A stretch of DNA of 64,000 bases from Batkoa obscura. Its lineage: Eukaryota. Shown piece by piece: positions 36,985 to 50,748 of this stretch. The translations under genes and the position numbers were made by a program. Each line of letters opens with the position of its first letter. Position 1 is the first letter of the stretch. Where the stretch lies: positions 868,001 to 932,000 of the forward strand of contig JASVEC010000003.1 of the NCBI GenBank assembly GCA_030770535.1, written 5' to 3'. Below the pieces are notes generated by a model. That model was given only the letters and a program-made list of their open reading frames with translations, was not told the origin of the DNA and searched no databases.

Positions 36985-38193
36985 TTAACACTCATAATTA
37001 AAATATTCCACTTTCATATCAATAAATCCACCATTTGAAAGGATTTCTTGATCATTCCAATTAATATAACCACCTGCCCAATCTCGAGTGCCTGGGGAAC
37101 CTGCACCACCATCCCATAACATAAACTGTACTTGAACTGGGGAAGTAGGAAAATTATACGATTTAGTACTTGGATTATAGGTGGATTCTTTAGTGATCTT
37201 ACGAACCATTACGTTATCAACATAAAACGATATAAAATCTCGAGTCCAATTAATGGTATATGTATGATAATTATAATGAGTGTTAGAGGTACAATCATAA
37301 AATTGACCTTTGGAGTAATCTAAAATACCTTTATAATAATAATTTGTTTGCACGGATGTTTCTTTATGGCCTACCCATTCAAAGTCAACCTCATCACCAT
37401 CTTTAGATATTAAATTAAAGGCACTAACTACGCCACCAACTCGAGCTGATTTAATTCTAGCTGTAAAGCGTCCATAGTGATAATATTTTTTTGTTCTTGC
37501 CCAGCCCCCTGCTCCTGCTTTCATCTCTGGGGAAGGTAATACCATATTATCATTTTTAATCATTTTTAAAGATAATGAATTTCTTTCCCAACTTACGGGT
37601 CCACCATAGATAAAATTACCACCACTCGTTAAACTATCTTCAGCATTAAAGTTCTCTTTCCAAGCATTACATGTTTGTACATCCCATCCATTATTGGGAT
37701 AATTCCATTCACTATTGATATCGGGCATTATAGGCATGACATCAACCGATGGGTAATGCGGATCAACGATGATATTATTGGTAGGGTAAACAGGGGAGAT
37801 AGGTGGCTTGTTACCACAAGATAAATGAGAATAACTACCATAGGGGTTACATCCAGCATGACAATAATCTGGTCCAGAACCACAGTAACCAAATTGGGAA
37901 CAGCAAGGAGCATCAAAAGGACAATGAGAGTTTGTAGAGCATCTTTTAATATCGGGGTTGGTATGTTGCTCGTGATGTATTGGTGGCTTATAGTTAAAAC
38001 AACTGTGTGGCACAAAACTTAACCCAAAATTACAACCTACCCCACAGTGCTCCCAACTAGAACCACAATAACCAAACTGTGAACAGCATGGTGCCTCATA
38101 TCCACACTTGCCTCCATTGTCGCATCTTTCTTGTGCTAATATAGTCCTTAGACTGAAAATAAATAATATCGATGCTAAAAATAGTTTATACAT
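36985..38193 (-). CDS. GH16 Crh/Utr2-like chitin transglycosylase with two CBM18 (hevein-like) domains
   Basis: Signal peptide; two copies of APCCSQFGYCG; catalytic DEVDFEW; VQTNYYYKG; WAGG. Confidence 0.9.
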   Translation of the reverse strand: MYKLFLASILFIFSLRTILAQERCDNGGKCGYEAPCCSQFGYCGSSWEHCGVGCNFGLSFVPHSCFNYKPPIHHEQHTNPDIKRCSTNSHCPFDAPCCSQFGYCGSGPDYCHAGCNPYGSYSHLSCGNKPPISPVYPTNNIIVDPHYPSVDVMPIMPDINSEWNYPNNGWDVQTCNAWKENFNAEDSLTSGGNFIYGGPVSWERNSLSLKMIKNDNMVLPSPEMKAGAGGWARTKKYYHYGRFTARIKSARVGGVVSAFNLISKDGDEVDFEWVGHKETSVQTNYYYKGILDYSKGQFYDCTSNTHYNYHTYTINWTRDFISFYVDNVMVRKITKESTYNPSTKSYNFPTSPVQVQFMLWDGGAGSPGTRDWAGGYINWNDQEILSNGGFIDMKVEYFNYEC

Positions 38194-39158
38194 GAGATTA
38201 ATTATTAATTATATATGACTTGATTGAAATAAATTGAAAAATAAATTGAAAAGAAAATAAGTTTATAGTATTTATATACTCCTTTTAGTTATCTCATTGG
38301 TATTTCTTTATTATTCTCATCCTTTTAAATTAAAACTTATTTCAACTCTCAGTTGTGTCTGAATCAAAACTTTAAGTGGAGTTATTTTGATCAGCAAAAT
38401 TCAAACTAAATTTGCTAATGACAGTAAAATTTTAGGAGAATTAGCAATCAAACAACGGAAAAAATTCAAGTATTGAAATGATAGTAATTTTTAGTCTATA
38501 ATTAAAATAATAGCAATTCATACTTATTGATCAAACTAATAGTTTAAAAGTTGTAATTTTAATTTTAAATTCTAATTTTAAAGTTTGATTTATAAGTGGC
38601 TACTATTATAAAATATTTGGATAGTATGTACTAAATTTAAATCTTTTATGCTACTTTTTTTATTTGAACTTTTTTTAATTCAAAATATTCAATAAGCAAA
38701 AGCAATATTTGTAAACATCTTAATCCCTATCTATCTCTTTCTTTGTCAAAATTTCTCCAATAAAAAAAGACTTGAAAGTGTCTGAGCCTTCTAGGTTTTA
38801 GTATTTATAACATCTGTATTAATAGCTCCTTGTTTAAAGGTTCAAATATATAAATCGTGACAAATAAATAGAATCTTAACTTTTAAAATAAAATAATCCA
38901 TTATCAAATGATTTCAAATATAAATTAAATATATAGTTTTATTTTTAATGGTTTAAATACTGTAGTAAAGCTAAAGTTTAATATATTTTTTAAACAATTA
39001 ATTTTTAAATGAATTTATACTTTCGTCTTAAGATATGTATAAAACTGAATTTTGAAAAAAAAATAAAGCCAGCATTGTTTATAAAATAAGAATAAAATAC
39101 TAATGTATTACCTAACTAAAAAAAAATTGCTTCAAATTCAAGCTAACTATTTACTTTT

Positions 39159-40789
39159 CTAGCTAGGATTATAATTTAGTTTGGTCAATGTATTTGGAAC
39201 TTTTGGAAACTCATTACAATCCTCTTCAATCCCAAATTTTCTTTTCAATTTTTTCAACATTTCAGCCTTAACAAAATACTCCTCTTCCTGCTTTAAAAGC
39301 ATTTCACAAGCCCCATTTAAAATAGATGATTGAGATTGTACTTTTTCCTCTCCATTGCAATCCTTTAAAACATTGGCAAGCTCTTTAAACATTGCTGTTA
39401 ACGCTGCCCTTCTCTTTTGTTCCGAAGCTTGGTGAACTAATCGCTTTCTTTTAACTATTTGTTCAAAACTAGGTGCATAATTCAATCCGAGTGCGGCTGA
39501 ATTACCTTCCACAATCAATTGATAATTTGATTTTGTAGATAATTGAGTAGCACTTAAATTGGTATTCACACCAGCTGGCATAATTGCTGGGCTAATCAAT
39601 GGTCGATGGTTACTAGATCGTCGTCTATTAGTTGGATAGCGTTTTTTGATTTCTTTATCTTTTATAGAAACTTGACTTGTTTCATTTGTTCCTTTATTTC
39701 CTTTTGAATTATCAATGGACTCAACGTCATCTTCTAGGATGACTGGTGGGATGACTGCTTTTAATTTTGAAGTGGATAATGGGTTAGCTATAAATGGTTC
39801 GGCTGCTATGTTTTCTTTAATATCTAAACCAGTACCATTCAATAAACGAGAACTCATTAAGTTTAATGGGGTAATGATGGAGTTTGTTTTATTTTGAATA
39901 GAAGCCATATTACTTGCTACAATATTAGCATTTATACTCTTATGGTCGTTATGACTATTTATATTATTGACAGTTTGGTCTAATTCGATATTGTTATTCA
40001 CATTGAGATCAGTACTTTTAGTAGTTATGTCTTGATTATTTAAATTATTGATAATGTTAGTATTGGGTTCTGAAGTAGTAATATCTTCATTATAATTAGC
40101 TATTGGAACATTATTATTTTTTAAGTCAATATGTGGGATATCCTAAAGCAAGTATTAATTAATACTAATTAGTAATGAAAGTAAAGTAAATATACTTTTT
40201 GTAAATTAAAATTGTTTAACATATTTAAATGACCAGAGTTGGGTAAAGACCAAAACTTATTAATATAAGGGTTTACTACTGGAGAAAACAGTGTATTATC
40301 TATCATATAAACAGGAGGAGTAAAATTACCAGGGTGGTGATGTTCATTGTTATCTAATGAATTTAAAAAAGGTTGATGATTATAGTCCATTAAATTTAAA
40401 TTTAAATTTAAATTATTCATAGTATTCGTTTCATTGTTTAAAGTATTATTTAAGCTTGTATTTATAGTAGTGTAATTATTTTGATGAATAGTAGTTATAC
40501 CATTCCATTGAGGGGTATTGAAATGTATATGATGATTTGGTGGGTTTAAATTAATATTATTTAATAGCCCTGGATTATAATACAATTTATCTTGATTTTC
40601 CAAGTTTTGTAAATAGTTGACCACTTTATTAATATCTTCCGGTTTTAATATTAAGTTACTAGAGTCTAAATTACTATCATCGATATACTTGGTATTATCC
40701 TTAAGATGTTTAATAAATTTATTTAATAAATTTGCAAAATTAATTACTTCATCAGCTTCTTTATTAAATGTAGCTTCATTGTAATTCAT
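39159..40789 (-). CDS. bHLH transcription factor, Pho4/NUC-1-like
   Basis: Intron 40143-40195 joins the two ORFs in frame; LSTKSNYQLIVEG then KRLVHQASEQKRR resembles the NUC-1/Pho4 pre-bHLH block. Confidence 0.75.
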
Positions 40790-41459
40790 ACTAGATTTTG
40801 AAAACAGTGAAGATTGAAAAATTTATTTTAACAGAAATAATTACTTTTTTCAACGTGGTAAAACGATTGGTGATTAATGGCTCCACTAATAAATTAGATT
40901 AGGATTGAACTTTTGAAATCTCTTAATATTCGAGCAGATTTCATTTAAATGTAAGCTGTTTCAATTAAATTTTAGGTTTTTTCATTTATATCAGAATTAA
41001 AGATCGAGAATAAACTAAATTTGATTGGAATATTAGATTTTTAGTACTGATATAAATGAAAAGATCCAAAATTTAATTGAAATAATTCACATCTAAATGA
41101 AATAATTACATTTTCATTACTATTTTTATCAATACTTTTTATTAAAATTAATTTAGTTTATCTAAAGCAAATATCAAAAATGTTTATTTGAATTTAACTT
41201 GAATTTAACTTGAATTCAAAAATAACATTAATAGAATAAAATCATTATAAATAGTCAAAATAAAAAGAAATATAAGAATGATAACAACTTCTATTTATCT
41301 ACTAAACTAAATAACAACTATGAATCTTTGGTTTTCAAACAAACTATCATAAAGAATTTTACTAAAATTCACTAATTCATTTCATTCGCTTAAAAAATTC
41401 CATCAAAAATTCTCCACCCATTTCAAGAATGCTTCATTTTCAATAAAAATAAATTTAAA

Positions 41460-42331
41460 ATGACCCGTTTTGCAAGATATAAGAAAACGTATTTAGAAGC
41501 GGATGGTTTTAAAGGAAGAGGAACTTTAAGTAATCAACCAAAATTAGATCATCAAGGTAAAAAGGATTCTAATATACTTTATTAAGTTTAAATATTAAAT
41601 ATTTTAAAATATTAGCAAAAAGATCCGATATTAGAAGAGAAAAAAGAAAATATGATAGAAACTCAAAGATGGTATTGATTGAATATTAAAAAATAAAACA
41701 CATAATTTTAACTAATACAATTATCAACTAGGTCTGTTTCAATTGTCGAAAACCAGGTCATAGTGTTAAAGATTGTCCCACCAATTCAGCTGCAAACCCA
41801 AATTTAGATACCGAATTAGATACTGTTGAGTTAGCGACTGGTATCTGTTATCATTGTGGTACAATGGAACATAGTTCAAAAAACTGTGATCATGTTAATA
41901 GAAAAAGTAAATTCAGTTATGTTGAAAATAATACTTCATTATTAACATGGTCATTTAGAACACCCATTTAAGTTTGCTACTTGCTTTTTATGTCGAGAAG
42001 ACGGTCATTTAGCTAGTAAATGTAAAAATAATATTAATGGCTTATATCCCAATGGCGGTGGTTGTAAACATTGTGATTCAAAAGACCATTTTGCTAAAGA
42101 TTGTGAAATGGAAAAGAAAGGTAATAACTAATTTCCTTATTTTTCAAAAATAAATAGAACATCTCTTTTTTTTTAGATGAAGATGCTACTGAAGTTGGTA
42201 CAATGGACTCAAAGTTAGGAGCTGATGATGATGATGTATTTTTAGAAATGTATAAAAAACAAACGAATAAAAGGAGTAAAATTCCAGAAAAGAAAGTAGT
42301 AAAGAAAAAAGCTAAAGTGGTGAATTTTTAA
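41460..42331 (+). CDS. CCHC zinc-knuckle protein (ZCCHC9-like)
   Basis: MTRFAR, CFNCRKPGHSVKDC, CYHCGTMEHSSKNC, FATCFLCREDGHLASKC, GLYPNGGGCKHCDSKDHFAKDC, KVVNF*; four introns. Confidence 0.85.
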
Positions 42332-42812
42332 TAATTATTGTTATTTTTAAATAAAATGGTTTGTTATAGAGTAAATCAAATGGATTATTTTTATTAATTA
42401 ATAGATAACATTCGCTCTTTAATGGTAGAATAAAGACTACTATCTTCTTTTACTAAATGATTTAAAATTTTATTAACATCAGATAAGTTTAGTAATAAAT
42501 TAGATACCGTAGTAATTGGTTATATTAAAGTAGTATAATAGTATCTCAAAGTAAAAATTGGTTGATTATTAAAAAAGTTGATAATAACTTTTGCAGAATT
42601 ATCTATAAAAGATTATTGATCAATTATATAGATTAGAAAATAATATTCGTTACCAACAATGGATAAGCTAATTCCTTTAACATGTTCCATTATTTAATCA
42701 TTCGTAGCGTTTATAAATATCTACCTTAAGGATAATATAGTTCAATATCTTATTCATCTTTCATAAATAAATTAAAATTAGATTTATACGGTTTATAAGT
42801 AAAATAAACAGC

Positions 42813-42910
42813 TGGGATGTATTTTTTTGTTTAAGAGCTTTACTAGAAGTTTTTCTACTCAAACAGCGCTTAAAAAATGGAAAAAGTGATAAAATAAAAA
42901 AACACCCCTA
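42813..42910 (-). mobile_element. MITE family A
   Basis: Family core in reverse orientation. Confidence 0.75.
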
Positions 42911-44270
42911 ACTGCTAAATGATCATATATGAGATTGAATCTTAAAAGTTAACATTGGCATTTAATCGAATTCCAATTGATTTTAAATCTTAATCTTTTT
43001 GTTATTATTTTCTATTTTGTTATATCAATTATTAAAAAGATTTATAATCCGGACGGACTACTTAATTCATTTGAAGCGATAATTTATTTAAACCAGAACC
43101 TTAACTACAAACATGAAAACATATTTATAACCAATATAGAACCCATGAATATTGTAACTAACAGCCCAATGGACCCATTTCATCACTACAGTGGGAATCA
43201 TTAGACGAATAAATGTATATAATTTAATATATCAGTGACACTAACAGTAAAACTTATTACATATTATAAGAGCACTGTTAGATAAATTAAAATATACAAA
43301 ATTAAAATAATCATAATAAAAATTCAAAACCAGATGGTAATTTTATTTGATAATAGTTCGCTATTAGATTTCATAAAAATTATTCAACGTTCATATAAAT
43401 CCCATTTCAGCTAAACATATATCATCAAACTTAAATCAATATAACCAAACATAAATTAATATCAAAGCTAATCCATTAATAATTTAAATAAATTTAACTT
43501 TTTTCTTTTATCCTAATGTTATATAAAATATAAAGCAATGAGTGAAATGAATAACATAATAAAATGATGTTGATAAAAGTTACATCTTACCTCTTTTTTA
43601 CTAACATTTCAAAAGCTTATTTTACTGTCTCTGATTTGTCTTATATGATCTACCCAACTAATAAAAAAAGCAAAAAGAGATTGCCAAGTCGCGCTTTAAA
43701 AGTGGACTAGTTATCTCAAAAATTATTAAAAATAAATACTAAAATTATCTCATTTTTAAACAAGTAAATAAATGTTACATTGAGTAAATAGTAAATGTAA
43801 CTTTCATACTCAAACAAAATAATCATCACTTAAAATACCATTATAAGAAACATATGTAACAAATCAGTTGAATAAGATATAGAAACTTTTTTACCCAACT
43901 TTGCTATATTACTATTTATGACTGATTTCATAGTTCAAATATTTTGAAACTTTATACAAGAGAATTGATAAACATATTCCAATCTGACACAAAGGTAACT
44001 CAAGAACTGGAACTTCTGATATGCACAATGATTCTTGTCATAATTTATCGAAAGAAAATATTAAGATTAGAAACCAAGCTATAAAGCCATTAAAAGCTAA
44101 TAAAGAAAGATTTTTTTAATTTTTAAGCCACTGCTAAAATATATATCTACCAAATTTAAACCTTCCAATGAATCCTATAAAATTATGGGATTTTATTCTT
44201 CAACTTAGTTTCTATTTGAGCTAAATCTTGATACTTCATTTTTAATCAATAAAACAATCTTTCCAATAGT

Positions 44271-44738
44271 ATGTTTTTTTTTAACCCTATCAAAGCCACT
44301 ATAATCAACAATCTTAAAACTGGCATTTCAACCAGTTTTAAACGTTATCGTCATGAAGTTAGTAAAGCAATCATTTATGACACCAAAACTTTAGAAGATG
44401 GCTCTAAATTTATATCTCGAGTCCCATCAATGGAACCTAAACTCAGTCAGTTACCACCTGCTCTTAATCTTAAAGGACCAAAGGGAAATTTTCGTCAATT
44501 AACAGATATGGAAATTAAAGAAATGCAAAGATTAAGATTAGAAGATCCAGCTCTTTGGACGCGTTCAAAATTAGCTAAAAAATTTAATTGTGCTGAAAGA
44601 CAAGTTTATTTAAAAGCTAAAGCTAATCATAAATATCATCAATGTTTACAAGAAAAACAAAAATTAGAATGGCAAAAATTAGGATTTAAACGTCAATTGA
44701 TTTTTATTAACCGTCAAAGAAGACGTGCTGAATGGTAA
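44271..44738 (+). CDS. MRPL20: Mitochondrial ribosomal protein mL58 (MrpL20-like)
   Basis: LTDMEIKEMQRLRLEDPALWTRSKLAKKFNC; basic presequence-like N-terminus; ends RQRRRAEW. Confidence 0.75.
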   Translation: MFFFNPIKATIINNLKTGISTSFKRYRHEVSKAIIYDTKTLEDGSKFISRVPSMEPKLSQLPPALNLKGPKGNFRQLTDMEIKEMQRLRLEDPALWTRSKLAKKFNCAERQVYLKAKANHKYHQCLQEKQKLEWQKLGFKRQLIFINRQRRRAEW

Positions 44739-45085
44739 CCAAGTATAGAATTAAAAAAAAAAGGTTAAATAAAGTTATACTAAAATAAAATAAGATAATA
44801 AAATTTTAATTTTTTGGATTATTATTATATTATTTTATTAACTTATTTACTAGATTTTATTCTTTTTAGATTATGTATATTATTAAAGTTTTATTTTTAT
44901 TATTAGTAATAAGTTTTTAATAATAATAGTAACAATAGTAGTAATAATAATAATAATAATAATCAATCAATCAATCAATCAAAAATAATATTCAAATAGA
45001 AATTCCATTTTTATTAAATTATTAGAACCCTAAAAGCAGGATACAAAATAATCATTATTCTTCATATTACTACAAAAATCGAGTT

Positions 45086-46010
45086 TTAATCTACCAATGT
45101 CCACTCTTCATCTTTTCCAGTATTATCTAATGTCATCAAATGTCTTAATGTTGGTCTACCATGGGGACAATTCCATGGCAATGGCAATGTACCTAAATTT
45201 TGTATAATTTGCTTCATCTTCCCATTTTTTAAGAAATCACCAATCATAACTGATTTCCTACAAGCCATAGAAGCCAATTTCAAATCTAATTTACTACCTT
45301 TAAACGCCAATCCATTTTCAAATTGAATAATTTTCTTTTTTTTAGTTGTATTGTCTTCAATCGGATTCATTGTTAAATTATGTATTAATTGTTCTAAATC
45401 TTCAATTTCAAAATTTACTTTATTACTTATTGGTATTGAAATCAATTCTAATCTTTTACCTGCTTCATTCGATTCTTTATATGTTATTTGATATCCTTGT
45501 TTAGATAAATAATTTAAATTTTCTATTGCTATTAACTCATCTGTGATAGGTAATTGTAATTTCTTTGGTATAGCTAAACGTTGACGTGGTATCTGTTCTG
45601 TGATTGAATGATGTAATTTAGTATAATTATAAATTTCATCAGCTGCATGTTGATCAATTATAAATAATTCATTTTGTAATTTAGTAATAATAAAACCTAA
45701 ATTAAATTGACCGATGATTTCCATTAAATTAAAATCTTTTTTAGGATCAATATTAAAATGATTTGATAATTCAATTTCTTGTTTAATTTGTAATATATTC
45801 TCTTTAATCTCCTCTTCTATTATTTCTTCTTTTTCTTGATTATTAAAAGAATATTTCATTAAATCTTCCATGTCCCAATTTAATATTAATCCACTATCAT
45901 TATTTATATAAATTTCTTTAGTTATAGTAAGCTCATCTAAAATATCTGTTGTTTCTCTAGTTACAAATGAGTTTGGATCATATGGCACTATATTATGTAT
46001 TTTATTAACT

Positions 46011-46042
<32 letters not shown>

Positions 46043-46191
46043 TGAACTTTGAAGTGTTAATTCTATAGGTTCTTGTTTAACTCGTTTTCTTGCAGATTCT
46101 AAACTTTTATTAACTTCAGTTTGATTGTTTAAACTACATAACTCATCGTTATCCTTATTATTAACTAATACTCTATCATTCAATGGTACTA

Positions 46192-46278
<87 letters not shown>

Positions 46279-47640
46279 CATTCAATGAAATATCCTCAGG
46301 TTCCCTTTTTATACCATTAACATTTATATACTCTCGATTATTATAGTTTGTTTTATTTAAACTTAAATTTAATGATGGATTATTATTCTCTATTAATCTC
46401 TCTGTTGTAATAACAAAATCTTTAATAGTAATATCCTTTTTAATTTCATTATTATCATTTCTATCCTTATTTAATCGTTCATTATTTTCTTTTAAATTAT
46501 TAATAGGTATATTTGCTTGTTCATTATCTAATAATTCACAACATTGTTGTTTAATTTGAATTAATATTTCATTTTCATGATGCAATAAGATTGTTCTTTT
46601 ATCAGGTGTTAAATTAACATCATATTGATTTGGACTGATAATTAAATTACCAATTAAAATCGGATATCGATTAGAATATCTTAATTTATAAATATCATTA
46701 ATCATTTTAGTTAATTTGATTAAATGACAAGGTCGTTGATTAATATATATAAATTGTCTATCTGATGTAGTTCTACCTGCTCCATTAATAGTTTTAGATA
46801 AAATACCTTCAAATTGCACTTGAATCATTTCTTTTTCTTTTTCTTTTTCTTTTAATTCAAATGAAAACTTAAACTTAGTAAAATAATTTAAATTAACTGC
46901 TCCAAATAAACTAGTATAATTAAGCATTAAATCATTCCCATTTTTTGTTAATAAAATTAAATTTTGTTTTCCTTTACCGTCCATATTAGTTACTTTAAAC
47001 CTAATATTTGTATTAATTAATGCATATATTTGAATTAATTGTAATCCTTTTGCATACGCTTTCTTAATATTTCTTAATAAATCTTTATATCTAACTGGAA
47101 ACCTTTTAAATAAATTAGTTACTTTAACTGTTGTACCTTTTTTTCTTGATGTCACTTGAGTCTCTATAATATTTCCTAAGCTATCAAAAGTAAGTTGAAA
47201 CCCTTTGGAACTTACTGTATCAACACTAGTAATTAAACTGATATCTGCAACAGAACATAAAGAATTAAAAGCTTCACCACGAAATCCAAGTGATTGAATA
47301 GTTAATATATCTTCAAAATCTTTTAATTTGGATGTGGAATGACGTTGTCCAATAGTATCAAAATTACTTTCTTCAATACCACTACCATCATCTGAAATTT
47401 CAATGGAATTTAAACCATTATCTTTAAAATGAATTTCTATTGATTTTAAATAAATAAAAATAATATAAAAACAATATAAAATAGAAGATTAATTAATAAA
47501 TAATAATTACCAATATTTTTAGAATTAGCATCAATTGAGTTTTCAATTAATTCTTTTAATGCGGAACTCATATCTAATATAACTTGACCTGAACATAATT
47601 TATTAATAGATCGTTTATCAAGATGATGAAGTTGACTCAT
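45086..47640 (-). CDS. PMS1: MutL-family mismatch repair endonuclease Pms1 (PMS2 ortholog)
   Basis: KELIENSIDA, DDGSGI, GFRGEAFNSLC, DQHAADE, ACRKSVMIG, PWNCPHGRPT; intron 47437-47510. Confidence 0.93.
46193..46276 (-). repeat. (AAT)28 coding microsatellite, poly-Asn in the Pms1 linker
   Basis: Perfect trinucleotide run read directly. Confidence 0.9.
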
Positions 47641-47898
47641 TAATTGAAATGAAGATAATTGTGCAAATAATGAGATGCGAAAAAATGAATTTTTTAAAAT
47701 AAAAGAAATGAAAAGATAAAATTCAATTTTTAAAAGTTTTATAATTTTACTAATTTAGAAGTAATCATTTAAAAGTTTTTATTTTTAAATAAAATTTTAA
47801 TTTTAATTTTAATGAACTTTTATTTTTATTTTTATTTTTATTTTTAATTGAAATAAAAATAAATTCTAAAACTTTTAATTTTCAAATATTTCAATAAA

Positions 47899-48763
47899 AT
47901 GTTATCAAATGTCCATGCCGATGGAGGTAAATTAAATTATTTATATTATTATTTTATTAAAATTCAATTAAGTAAGAAGTAATTTTGTGGAAGGTTCCAT
48001 TTGGTTAGAATATTATGGTTATTTTTTATATGTAATAACTAAACTTGGTTTTGGTAAATTCAATTAACTATAATAATTATTAATTCATTTACTTTGTTAT
48101 ATATTAGCTATTTACTTTATATGGGCTTTTGTACCAGATAAGATTCTTACTGAATTTAATATTACTTATTATCCACCAAAGTAAGTCTAATACTAATAAC
48201 TTAATTTATTTCTTCTTTTATTATATTATTAAAACAATATATTAATTTACTTTGATTTAATTGAACTTTTCGTTTATTTAGATATTGGTCTTTAGCTATC
48301 CCAGCTTTTTCCACTATTTTCTGTGTTTATTTTTATATCTTATTTTTAGGTTATATCTTATTGAAAACTCCAAGTTTTGATAATATTAATTATTTAACAG
48401 GTAAATATAAAAGTATATATAATTAAATTAATATTGAAATAGTTAATATTTTATTTTATAAATAAGAGATTAATAATTATTCAATCAATTACTCAATCTT
48501 ATATTTATATGGGGATATTTTTTTTGGTTTCATTACTTTTTCCATCTTTTAAGCGCTATTTGAGTGGAAAGATTGTCAGTAAAATTATTAAACAAAAAAA
48601 CACATCCCCATATATATTTATATATATTTATAAATTAATAATATCAAATTAATTAGATTCCCAAGCAGTAGTAATCCATGAACCAAAATATTGTTCTAGT
48701 GAAAATTCAAGTGAAATTCATGATATTAGTATGGAAATTGTAAATAAATGTTGTTATTATTAA
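47899..48763 (+). CDS. GPI19: GPI-GlcNAc transferase subunit PIG-P/Gpi19
   Basis: EYYGYFLY, YFIWAFVPDKIL, ITYYPPKYWSLAIP, TPSFD, IHDISMEIVN; four introns, last one contains a MITE. Confidence 0.85.
48510..48610 (+). mobile_element. MITE family A in the last GPI19 intron
   Basis: ta|tggggatat...acatcccca|ta. Confidence 0.8.
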
Positions 48764-48918
48764 AAATAAAAATAGAAAATTAAACTAAATTAAAAAATAA
48801 AACTAAAACTAAAAATAAAAATAAAAATAAAAATAAAAATAAAAATAAAAATTCTATAAATTGACTCTATAAAAAATAATTTTATTAATATATAACTTGT
48901 TTTTTCTTTTACTTTGAT

Positions 48919-48946
48919 TTAAATCAGTCGATACATTTCAATTTGA

Positions 48947-48991
<45 letters not shown>

Positions 48992-50717
48992 TCCAATTTT
49001 TTAAACCTCTTTGTAATTGGTTGTTGATTTCCAGTTAAATTATCAATTCCATTAAGTTTTGTATCTTTATTCTTATTGATTTTAATATTCTTTTTATTCT
49101 CCTTATTATTAATTTCTAATAAACTTTGATTTTCATGATGATATAACATAGCAATAGGTTCAAATCCAATAAAACTCTTTAAATTATTTAATCTAGATCG
49201 TACCATTTTTTGAGTTTTAAAAAGTAAATGAGTAAATTGAGGAGAAGATACAATAGTAGTAAAATGTACATCTAATATAGCAGTAAATAATTCATATATC
49301 TATTATAATAATTAATTAATAATTAATAATTAATAATATTTTAAATTAAATTTACCTTAATAAAACTAGTAGATGGTGACCATAACATATTAATATTAGT
49401 ACCATTTCTTTTTAATAAATCACTTAATAAACTTAAATAATTGAAAACTTCTTTATCATTTAAATATTTTAATGAAAAGATTAATAATTTTGAATCAAAA
49501 TTAAATTCTAATATTTTCATTAAATAAGTTTCTAATATTAAATTTAACTTTTCAATAGTTTCAATTTTCTTTTCTTTTTCTTCTAAATAAATTTCATGAA
49601 TTGCTTTTAATAAGATTACTATTTCTTCTTCGGATATATCTTTGACTGATAATAATGAATATTGAATATTAAACCAATCTTGTCGTTCAATTAAATAAGG
49701 TAATAATCCACCATAATTAGTTTTAAAAGTAGATGATGTAATTTTAGAGCCATAAATTAATTGAAACATAATTTTAGGTGAATAATTTTGAAAATTAATT
49801 TGATTGTTTTGTTTTAAACTCATTTTTTCAATTAATGATGATATATATCTTGGTGGTAATAAATTTAATATTGTATTTTCATCCTATTAAATTAATATTA
49901 TTATTTAATATTTAATATTATTATTGATATATATATATATATATTATATACTTACTTGATAAGATGAAGTTATTTCTTCAAAATATTGATGATCTTTAAT
50001 AATATACCAATTATTACGATATTTGTCCAAATATTCTTTATAACTTAAAATAGTATCTTCAATTTTAGATTGATTATCTTTATATTCTCCTAAATAGAAA
50101 GTAGCTTCATTATCTAATAATGTGGAAATTATTAATTATTAATTATTAATTATTAATTTACCTTTTGATTTAATTAATAATTCATTTTTTTCATTAAGAA
50201 TATTTTTTATTGATTTTTTATTAATATCATTTTTATCAAATGAAAAATATTCTAAATGATTTAAAAATGTTAATTCAATATTATCACTAGTTTCAATTTG
50301 CTGTGTTAATTTTAAAACTAAATCTTCTGGATAAGATATTTGACATAAATTAGAATCCTAAAATAAAAATAGTTAATATTAATATATATTATATTATATT
50401 ATTATAACAACTTACAATAACCGTAATTGGAATAAAATTAGGAGGATAAACTAATTGAATAGATTCATTCGTATTTTTAGATTGTAAATATTTAAATGTA
50501 ATATTTAATCGATTCATAGATGATAATAAATTACTATTAATTGGACAAATAAATGGGGTTAATACAATTTCAACAGAACTTTGAAATAATTCAGCAGTTT
50601 TAAAAGAAGTAGATGGTAAACTACGATAATCTAGAGAAGATATTATCATATTTTTATGATTGATTTTACCAAGCTAAATTAAGTTAAAATAATTTAATAA
50701 TTTAAATTATTATATTC

Positions 50718-50748
<31 letters not shown>

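Noticed and set aside
34504..39897. Short overlapping ORFs inside the JmjC, GH16 and bHLH genes
   Set aside because: Antisense or alternate-frame shadows with no independent coding evidence
42400..44100. Possible gene or transposase relics, including ORF 42977-43204
   Set aside because: Fragmentary frames with no recognisable motif
46125..46346. Poly-Leu ORF
   Set aside because: Antisense reading of the PMS1 (AAT)n tract
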